DNA of 64,000 nucleotides from the human T2T-CHM13v2.0 reference genome, Homo sapiens, in NCBI RefSeq assembly GCF_009914755.1, contig NC_060927.1; one strand, written 5' to 3'. This document shows, piece by piece, positions 54,363 to 64,000 of the stretch. Within the stretch, counting starts at the first letter, position 1. Each line of letters starts with the position of its first letter. A program made the position numbers and the translations under genes. Under the pieces are notes generated by a model, which saw only the letters and a program-made list of their open reading frames with translations, searched no databases and had not been told where the DNA came from.

Positions 54363-55008
54363 GAGATTGTGGAGAAAAAGGAACACTTATACACTGTTGT
54401 TGAGATTGCAAATTAGTTCAGCCATTGTGGAAGACAGTGTGGTGATTCCTCAGAGACCTAAAGACAGCAATACCATTCGACCCGGCAATCCCATTACTGG
54501 GTAAATACCCAAAGGAATATAAATTATTCCATTATAAAGAGACATGCATATGTATGTTCACTGCAGCACTATTCACAATAGCAAAGACATGGAATCAACC
54601 CAAATGCCCATCAGTGATAGACTGGATAAAGAAAATGTGGTATATATACACCAAGGAATACTAAATAGCCATAAAAGAGGAGATCGTGTCCTTTTCAGGG
54701 ACATGGATGGAGTTGGAGGCCATCATTCCTAGTGAACTAACACAGGAACAGAAAACCAAGTGTTAACATGCTCTCACTTACAAGTGGGAGCTAAATGATA
54801 AAATAAATGGACACGTAGAGAGGAACAACATACACTGGGGCCTCTTGGAGGGTGAGAGGAGGAAGAGGATCAGAAAAAATATCAGGTACTAGGCTTAATA
54901 CTTGGATGGTGAAATAATCTGTACAGTAAGCCCCCACAACATAAGTTTACATACGTGACAAACCTGAAATTGTATCCCTGAATTGAAAATAAGTGTTAAA
55001 AAAAATTA
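54363..55008 (+). mobile_element. L1PA 3' end (~640 bp, 5'-truncated)
   Basis: ggagaaaaaggaacacttatacactgttg...gcaatcccattactgggta...ctcacttacaagtgggagctaaatgat...poly-A. Confidence 0.92.
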
Positions 55009-55275
55009 AGGTCAGACATCCAGGCTACTGGCAGGACCTCAGGTCTGCAGCAATAACCTACCATAGAGAAATGAAAGATCCAGGAAACATCCATTGTTAT
55101 GTACATCAGGCTCCTCCTCTGACCCTCACAAAGGTGACCTACATTCTAGTTTTAACTGGGATTCTCCTGGCTTGGGTAGTGAAAGTCCAGCTTTTTAGTA
55201 ATCCCCCAATCCTGGGCACACTGCAATGGTTGGTCCCCCTAACCTGGACTCCTTCAATTATCCCATTCTGACATA

Positions 55276-55429
55276 TTAGTTTGGTGCAAAAGTAATTGCT
55301 GCTTTTGCCATTACTTGTAATGAAAGTAATGCCATTACTTTTAAAGAAGCCATGAATAATGAAAGCTATAGCTTTTCTCCACGAAAGAGAAAAATGGCAA
55401 GAGCAGCAATTACTTTTGCACTAACCTAA
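55276..55429. mobile_element. MADE1 (Hsmar1-derived MITE) with a central insertion
   Basis: TA-flanked TIRs ttagtttggtgcaaaagtaattgc / gcaattacttttgcactaacctaa; 154 bp instead of the usual ~80 bp. Confidence 0.92.
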
Positions 55430-56257
55430 TAATAGACCTTTTTCTTTTTCTCATGAATGGAAAAAATTTAGGATAGGTCAAAATTAAGCCCAGGGCTTTC
55501 ATATGTGAACAAGTTTATGTCTATGTCTCTGGAGAGAACTTGCAGATATGGGCATAAATTTTTCTCAAAGATTTCTTAATACTTCTCATTTCCCCATGCT
55601 CATCTATGTGTTGTCCTTCTGAAAATTCTCATTCACATTGACAATGACATGCATGACTCACTAGGGTGTATGTATATTTATTTGGAACAAAAAGCTTTCA
55701 GACCAAGATTTCTGACATTCGAATAACTGGAATCTAAATGTTACCATATCCTGGAATTACATCCTGTTCATTTTCTCACCCTCTTTGCACAGTGGCTCAA
55801 AAGTAAAAATGACAAATGATATACAAGCAGGAATTCCCCCTAAATTGTCATATGTGGAAAATAAGGCCACACCTGTCCCCAGCTCATCTGCAATTCAGAG
55901 GAAGTGGTTGATATATTTACCAGCCTGTTGCCTTACATTTTATGCAGACAACCAGATCAATTACACTAATGAAGATAATCAATATCCAGGAAGATTTTGC
56001 AATAGGGGTGTACCTGATCTACAAAAGCCACACAGGCAGAGAATCCAGTGGAACCAATAGGATTGCACTGTCTTTTTCTTATTATGTTAACAAGCTATCT
56101 GACATGATGATGTTTATAGGGAAAAAATTGTGTAGCATATATCAAAGACTATTAATTATAGAAGGAATGGTAATACAAGCCATCCATTTACCTCCAACCA
56201 CCTACCATGGTGCAGATGATTTCTAATACTCAGCCTTTAAGGAATATCAGAATCCCC

Positions 56258-56614
56258 TTGGATTATCTGTGTTTTCCCCAAATTAATATGTTGAAATCCT
56301 AATTCCCAGGGTGATGGTATTAGGACATGGGGCCTTTTGGAAAGTGATTAGGTCATGAGGGGAGTGCTTTCATGATTGGGATTATGACCTTATAAAAGAG
56401 GCCCCAGAGAGCTGTCTTGGCCCTTTTACTACATAAGGACACAGAGAGAAGGTAACTTCTTAAGCCACAAAGTGAGCCCTCACCAGACACCAAATCTGCT
56501 AATGTCATGATCTTAGACTGCCCAGTCTCCAGAACTGTAAGAAATAAATTTCTGTTGTTTATAAGCTAACTAGTCTACTGTTTTTCATTATTGCAGCCCA
56601 AATGGACTAAGATA
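56258..56614 (+). mobile_element. MLT1A-type LTR; MER5A sequence follows to ~56755
   Basis: atgttgaaatcctaattccc...ccttataaaagaggccccagagag...ccagaactgtaagaaataaatttctgttg...ggactaaga. Confidence 0.88.
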
Positions 56615-57404
56615 GAAGGCTTGTTCAAAGACAAGTTGCTGGGCCCATGCACAGTGCTTCTGATTCAGTAGCAGTGGAATGGAACCCAACATTTGCATTT
56701 TAGCAAGTTCCTATTGTTGATCCTGTTCAGGAAGGATCACACTTTGAAAACAGTGTTCTCAAAGGGGTAGGAAAGTAATGTTTTTCCCCAAGCTCAGTGG
56801 TCTTACATCTAAACAAGTCCAAGTATGTATCTCTGGAAGGCAGAGCTCCAAATACTTCTGAAAGATTCCTTAATACTTACAAACATGAAGTTCTACCCAT
56901 CCATTGCAAGTGGCACTTAGACGATCAACTCTCCAGTGATGATAGCTTAAGTGAGAGTCATGCAGTAACACGAATACAGTGAAATGTAAACTGTGGAAAT
57001 TGTGTGTAATGTATGAGTATTCACCGTATAGTTTTTCTACTTTTACATGCTTCAAAATTTTATTTTGAAATCTTAGGGAGAAAAAAATTCAACCTCCAAC
57101 GAGCTATTTTTTTTTTTCAGGCATATTTGGAGTTACACAGAAATACCTTCATTTTAAATGAATTATATTTTTCAGCCCATGTTTTTAAAGGAATCATGTA
57201 ATTGAAATAATATATACCGGACACACATGATGATGTTAAAAATTTTAAACATTGGGTGTTACAGGGTTGGAGATGGCTATGTCAGTGGGTCAGTGTGGGG
57301 ATGGCAGGTGGGATGTGTAGGGGAAAACTGGGTGAGGAGCTGTTATTGAGGAAGTATCCACATGGGAGAGTAAAAATAGGAAAAGAAGTTTAAAATATTA
57401 AAGT

Positions 57405-57790
57405 GTATCAAATAGGATTGCATTTGACTGCAAGCAACAGAAAACTCAGTGAACATATAGCGATTTATTTTTCTGAAACAAGGTAAAGTCTGCAAACAGT
57501 TGAGGTCTATTGCAGCTGGTTAAGGAAGATGTCAAGAACCTGGATTATTTTTATTTTCCTGCTTTGCTCTCCCTTTGATGCATGTGACTTTCATCCTCAG
57601 ATTCATGAAATGACTGCTGCACTTCCAGACTTCACACCCACGATCCAAGCAAAAAACATTAAAAAAAGCTACAGACCTCCCTCTTCCTGAGGCTTTATAT
57701 TTTTATTCAGGAAGGGACACCCTTCTTGCACAATCCTTATAATTTTTTGGCCCCAAGCACATTGCCTAGCCCCTTCTGAATGTCGGCTGC
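57405..57790 (-). mobile_element. Old MaLR/ERVL LTR
   Basis: ggattgcatttgactgcaagcaacagaaaac...aaatgactgctgcacttccagac. Confidence 0.55.
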
Positions 57791-59561
57791 TTCCAACTAT
57801 AGAGTAGATAACAGAAGTTACTGAAAATGCATCTTGGCTGAGAAAACTCTCAAACTAATATCCCAGGAGATGTCATATAAACTTTTCCTGCCTAGCAACT
57901 TCTTTAAACTGGCAGGTAACAAGGACTCAGCACAGTCACTGATGCCAATAAGAAAAACCTTGGAGATCTCTAAACAACTTATTAAATTCTGGAAAACTTG
58001 CCCAGAATTTAAGTGTTTAAACAGAGGGCAAAGAAAGGAAGGCTCATGTGTGGACTCTGAAGGAAATCTCAATGAGAATTCCACAGAGCGGATGGTCTGG
58101 GCAGGGTATTTTCCACAGAGCTGTCTTTGGAAGGCTGCTTAAATGTATACTATCCCCAGAGTTGTTTAACTAAAACTCAGCACAGGAAAACATCAGGGTT
58201 GGCAAGGACCACTCCAATCCATGTTGCATAGATCATTAGGTTGTTTCAGAAGCCTGCCCGCTCTGTGGGTAGCAGCAACTGTCCCACATTCACTCCCATT
58301 CTGGATTGTATTTTAAGGCAAATTTTCTATTCAGCTTCTATTGCTAGCACATGAGGAATCACAATGAGATGTTCCATTTCAGGCTGTGATTTCTGTGCCA
58401 AACTGTATTGGAACAGAACTGAGCATGGATCTAATTCTGCCACTCCCTGCTGCAATCCACTCTCATCTGCTTTATAACCAAAATTAAAATTAGGTATAAT
58501 CCTAAATCGAGGTGATATGTTTTCATCCAAAATGGAGGCAGAACTAAAGATATGATAAAGAAATTGTATTTTTATCCTCATCCAAGCAGATGCCTAGACC
58601 TCAGTCTTTGTGTAGATCATCTACTGATTGAAAGAGTTTTACATTTGTTTTACTGATCTCTGTTCTCATTTTTAATCACCTTGCTAGACTTTTTGACAGT
58701 CCTTCGAAATCAAAACAGAAGCCACGCAATCATTTTCCCAGTTCATTTCACACTGCAAACTACTGAAGAATTATGAAAATACAAAGATATCATGATGCTT
58801 CTGTCTATCTATCACTAAGTTCAATGCCTGGGCTTATAGGTATCCATCTAAGTCCCCCAAGCTGTGTATTCTGTACTGGAAAGCTTGTAAACACACAGTG
58901 GGACCCATGCTATGCAATGAGGGGTAAGTGGGAAAAGTCACAGCACTGTTCACTCACTACGTGTGTTGGCTGCTGTGAAATGTCTCTCAACTACATTCCA
59001 TGTTTCCTCTGGGTGGAAAAGTTAAATGATACATTTCCCAGATGACTTTGCAGCTAAGACTCTGGATGCAAATTAGTTATCATAATTTAAAAGCACACAT
59101 ATAGAACTTTGGGAAGTGTGGTAGATAATAAAAAATATTTTATTTATCCAAAAGAAGGCAAGAAAAGAGAAGGGAAAAATAAAATGGGAGGACAAAAAAC
59201 AATTAGTATGATGGTTGGCTTAAACCTAAGTAAATCAGTAATTTTGGTAAATGTAAATGAGTTAAGTATGACAATTAAAAGAAGAGATGGTCAGTTTTTT
59301 TTTTTTTAAAAAAAAAACAACTTTAAGTTGCTTGCAAGAGATGGTCCTTAAATACAGGGCACAGAATGGCTACAAATAAAAGAATGGTGTGATAGGTTGA
59401 ACAATGGCTGCAAAGATATCAGGTCCTAATCCTGGAATCTGTAAATGTTATCTTATTTGCAAAAGGTGTCTGTGCAGATGTGAGTAAATTAAAGCTCTTA
59501 AAATGGGGAAATTATCTTAGATTATCTGGGTGGGCTATAAATGCTATCACATGTGTCTTTA

Positions 59562-60408
59562 CGTATTTGTCTGTTTTCATGCTGCTGATAAAGACATACC
59601 CAAAAGTGGGTAATATATGTTAGATATGAGTTCAAATTTCTTTTCAAAGGATTAATATGTCAGTATGTTCAATTATTTGTCTTCTACTTTTAAACTTAAC
59701 TTCCTTGTAAAGCAACCTTTTTCTGTTACCTACTCCACCCTGACTCATTCTGATCACCTGCTCTACCCTAACTCATTCCGATTACCTGCTACCTGCTCTG
59801 CCCTGACTCCCGCCAATGCACTCACCCCATCACTCTCTTTAAATTAGCCAATCGGAATTAGTTTAGCCTGTGCGGTCTAACCCTAGCCAACAGGAGAACA
59901 ACACAGCAGCAGGGCCACGTGCATCAGGGATGAGAACCCCTTCCCCTCCCTTGTCCAAGTGTGTGCTCACCATTGCTCCATCTATAAGGGCCCACCCTTC
60001 TATAGAAGTAACTTGCGTTGCTGAGAATTAAAAGGAAAATTTTATATTTGAGCGCTATTTATTTAGTGGCACCAAAACTTTATATATAACATTTATAAAG
60101 AGAAAGAGGTTGAATGGACTCAGTTCCACATGGCTGGGAAGGCCTCACAATCATGATGGAAGGTGAAAGGCATGTCTTACATGGCAGCAGGCAAACAGAA
60201 TGAGAACAAAGCAAAAGGGATGTCCCCTTATAAAACCAACAGATCTGTTTGAGACGTATTCACTACTACAAGAGCAGTATGGGGGAAAATGCCACCATGA
60301 TTCAATTATTTCTCACCAGGTCCCTTCCACAACATGTGGGAATTATGGGAGCTACAAGAGCTACAAGTCAAGATGAGATTTGGGTGAGGATACAGCCAAA
60401 CCACATCA
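59562..60408 (-). mobile_element. THE1B-like LTR, interrupted
   Basis: gttttcatgctgctgataaagacataccc...cagttccacatggctggg...gatgagatttgggtgaggatacagccaaaccacatca. Confidence 0.9.
59618..60091 (+). mobile_element. LTR10 (LTR10A/F-like, HERV-I) solo LTR
   Basis: tgttagatatgagttcaaatttc...aatatgtcagtatgttcaatt; internal ~28 bp repeats containing ccctgactcattc; ends ataaca. Confidence 0.82.
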
Positions 60409-63400
60409 TTCCGTGATATGCCACAAATGCCATCACATGTGTCTTTATAAGAGGATGGCTGAGGGACATTTGCTGTGTATAGACAGATGAAGAGGAGGCA
60501 GTGTGACCATGGTGACAGAGATTGGAGTGATGCAGCCACAAGTCAAATGCTGGCAGCCAGTAGGAGCCAGAAGAGGCAAGGACCCAATTCTCCCCTAGAG
60601 CCTCTGAAGGGAACATAGCCAGGCCAACACCTTGATTTTTCAACTCTGTGATTTCAGACTTCAGAACTGTCAGAAAATACGTGTGCTGTGTTAAGTTACC
60701 AAGTTTGTGTCAATTTGTTATAGCAGCCTTAGGAAACCAATACAAATGGAAAATAACATACCTTGCAAAACCAACCAAAGGAAAGCTGGAATAACTATAT
60801 ATTCATCTCTAGTATTGCTTCTTACCTGGGAAGCAGTCATTTGAAAGTGATAAAAGGAAAAGAAAGTGCAGCTGTTTTTCTGCTCTGTTTGTCTTTTCTC
60901 CTAGAAAGTAAGGCCATGGGATCACAAAGTTATCTGTAAGCAGCTTTTTAGTGTCCATTCTTCTCCTTCTTGGGGGCCAAGAGCCAGCCTTAATAGCAGC
61001 AGAGGACACTCTTTAGTTCTGGAGACTTCATTTCTGTGTCCTAGTTACTATGGAGGAGATATCTTAAGCTCCTAACTTCAGTTGTGGCTCCAGACATAGC
61101 AGCAAGATGACTGACTCTTTATTGTCCTGGAGCAAGGTCCAAGCCATAGTTTCCTGGCCTAATGCTTACTTGTATAATTCTCTATAAGCAAAAAAATATA
61201 TATATATACACTTTCAATAGAAAACTGCCAGGACACCTCCCAGAACCCAGGAAGGGGGCCATGAATGTGAAAGGCCCCTCACCTACAGTTCACTGGTTCA
61301 TAGTGAGGGTATCTTTCTTGGGTCACAGTCTAAAACCACTCCTGTAGCCCAGCACATAAGTTTGTAAGCACCTAAGCCCTTGGATTAAATCTTTTCCTAC
61401 TAAAATACCTAGAGGAATTTTCACACCAAAGCCCAACTGATATACCTTTAAAAAGCCACTTCTCCTTCTGAGGTTACCACCTCTCTTTTTTTCAGTCAAA
61501 CAACACTGCCATTATTACATGCTAGGAACGTAAAGATTAACTATTTGGTTATGCTTTGCCTACCTGAAACAAAAGGGCTATTTATCATTTTTGTTTGTCA
61601 TTTCACCTCACTACATTCCTTTAATACAGTGTACTCCAACAACTTCTTCTGGGAATTGTGTCATCAACAGGCTACATATGCCATGTTTCTAAAGGGGGAG
61701 AATTAATCTATTGTGTTTGTAATTTCTGCATGGGGGAGGTTCCTAAGATGACATTGTCAATTCCACCAACCTATGGGCTACCAACCTATGTCAATTCTAC
61801 CAACCTATGGGCTCTGTGAATGTTACTGACAATGATACAACTTGAATGATCACTAAGTCACCACAGAGCGCAGTACAAACAGGATATAAAACAGAAATTT
61901 TGGCCAGAGTGGTCTTAATCCCATGTCTCACTAGGAAAGAATAGGGGAGTCTGGAAACACATGACCACAATGAACAATGCCAAAAGTCACATAAGCCTGG
62001 CTCCTGTGAAGTAAGTTTCTTTCCCACCAAACTTCCGCCATGGGTCTTTCCGAAAGCCCCATGTGAATCCCTCCTATGCAATATGTTGTTTTGTAAAATA
62101 AGAGGACACACAGGCCTTATTTTCCATGAGAAAATATTTTACACTATAGCATTACAAGAACCATAAAAGGCTCATGGGAAGGCTCAATGAATACCTGTTG
62201 AACGAATAATCCTAATCAATGTAACAGTGGCCCCCACCAAGTTGCCTTATGGTCCACACAAAGCAATGATCAGTCACTCATAACTTAGACCTAAATTAAA
62301 GAATAATGGTCTGTCAGGACTAAGGGTCATTTTGGAGACCACCTGAGTCCCACCATTCAATGGAACCTTGAGGCACACCTACCAGATTCTGGATGGGTGG
62401 TCACTCAGGTGATGTACAAGCTCTTCTCATCAGTCCCCCTTTGAGGAAGCTGGAACTTCCTGAAGCAGCTCAATTCACTTTCACAGAATTCGACTTGTAA
62501 ATGGAATGGGTGAAACAATGGATTAGTATGATGGCTCACACCAGCGATCCTTATAGGGAAGTCATGTTCTTTTTAGGAAAATCTTGAGAAGCGCCGCACC
62601 TGAGGAGGCAGGCGAGATCCTGTGCACAAGGACTGGCGAGAAATAAGACAAGAAGAGACACCACCAGCTATCTCTACATGGAAGAGACAGGGGACAGAGA
62701 AAAGGGAAGCAGGGGAGAGAGGGAGATTGAGCAACTGGGTGGGGTACTAGATCCTGACCCACGGAAGTGACTGAGGAGTACTTGGAAGAGGGAAATAGAG
62801 CACCGAACTTCAAGTATTATTTTTTAATTGTGTGCTTTAAACTTCTTCATCTTTTTAGGTCTCCAGTAAAGTATCTTATGTACACCAAGGCCTCATAAGT
62901 GAATTGTCAGAAACCAAACAGGAGTGAGTCTACACCTTCTGGGGAGAACATGACGCTTCAACAGGCAGAGAAACAGGCTTCTGACACACTGAGTTGGCAG
63001 AAAAATCTTTGTTGATATAGAGGTTGCATTTAAACCATTGCTCTCTAAGCTAAAGTCTACTTTTACTAGATCATCTCCTATTGGTACTAATTCTTCACTT
63101 TGAATTTGCATCAAGCCAGACTTCATGACCCTGGACCAACCATCAGACGGTCTTTTATTCTTGGGCCAAGACATCCTCTCTCCACACAGACGGTTTTGTC
63201 TCTACCACTTACTTAGAATGCTCTCCACCAAACAAGCTCAGCTTTTTACGTGTTTCTCTTCAAGCACAACAAAGGGAACTAAACAAAATACTCTGGAAGG
63301 AGCTGGTCCATTCTGTGAGCACCAACAACATCCCAGATAACGTTTACATTTGTTCTGCATAACCCTGATGAAGGAATTTCAGTGGACCAACAGCAAATAG

Positions 63401-64000
63401 AAACTCCGTGTCACTGTTCCCTTGGATGCTTCCAAATTATGTCTTCTACCCTCATTCTTGGACTTGGTAGTTAGAATTTTCTTTGGGCTTATACTCAAGA
63501 AATTATACTCATCCCTCTTGAATTTAATCTTCTGACATTGAACCTGTTTTCCAGCCAGTAGAAATCATTTTAAAAACTGATTCTAGAATCTAATAATTTT
63601 ACAATTCCTTCAAAACTTGTGTCATTCATAAATTTGCAATTCATGAAGTCTCTGACTTCACTTAAGACCCTGTGGCACAAACCTAAAGAACATCCCTTCA
63701 TGTTACATTCTGAATCTTAGGTAGAGTGCTGCAACTGACCTCAATAGTTGCTTCTGAGTCATGCTGCTCTGAGCTGGCTCTAAGGGCTGGCACATCCAGG
63801 AGGCTCAGGGAACTCACTGTGCCCTCAAGCCTCAGACCTTGACAACAGTGATGCTAGTATACAAAGTCTCTGGACATCCTCAGTGATTAGCACAGTGCCT
63901 TGCATAGAGAAAATATGCCAATGGCCACCAAATTGATGCTCCACAGATGCCTCTATTTCCAGCCTCCTGGCAAATGAGCAAGGCAGATACATGAATCAAG

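Larger units (their letters stand above)
59388..60744 (+). mobile_element. MLT1D-type LTR, interrupted
   Basis: tgtgataggttgaacaatggc...aaagatatcaggtcctaatcc...ggaaaccaataca; exact 5 bp TSD aatgg. Confidence 0.88.
59120..60810 (+). mobile_element. Old L1M fragment (start of ORF2) split by nested LTRs
   Basis: tcagtaattttggtaaatgtaaatg...caattaaaaga...aaataaaagaatgg [insert] aaaataacataccttgcaaaacc...aaagctggaataactatatt. Confidence 0.7.

Overview
Primate (almost certainly human) genomic DNA, AT-rich and about half interspersed repeats (Alu, MIR, L1, L2, MaLR/ERV1 LTRs, hAT/Tigger/Mariner DNA transposons). The only gene structure I can support is a + strand terminal exon at 43261-~44470: a strong splice acceptor, a short coding tail that most plausibly reads (x)PAAKKKYVSYNNLVI*, a ~1.1 kb 3'UTR with many miRNA seed matches, and two AATAAA signals. 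I could not name the gene. Bases 1-43260 are therefore probably part of one very large last intron, and 44.5-64 kb is downstream intergenic DNA. None of the supplied ORFs looks like a real protein. The most unusual structure is at 11.8-14.1 kb: a ~194 bp inverted repeat that matches no transposon I recognise (~98% identical core) around a ~1 kb spacer, within a mosaic of older local direct duplications. It is a candidate small inversion/gene-conversion cassette and long intronic dsRNA. Also notable are a MADE1 hairpin that captured a 50 bp copy of nearby DNA at its centre, and a four-level nested insertion (L1 > MLT1D > THE1 > LTR10). Repeat subfamily names come from my recollection of consensus sequences and need RepeatMasker/Dfam confirmation.
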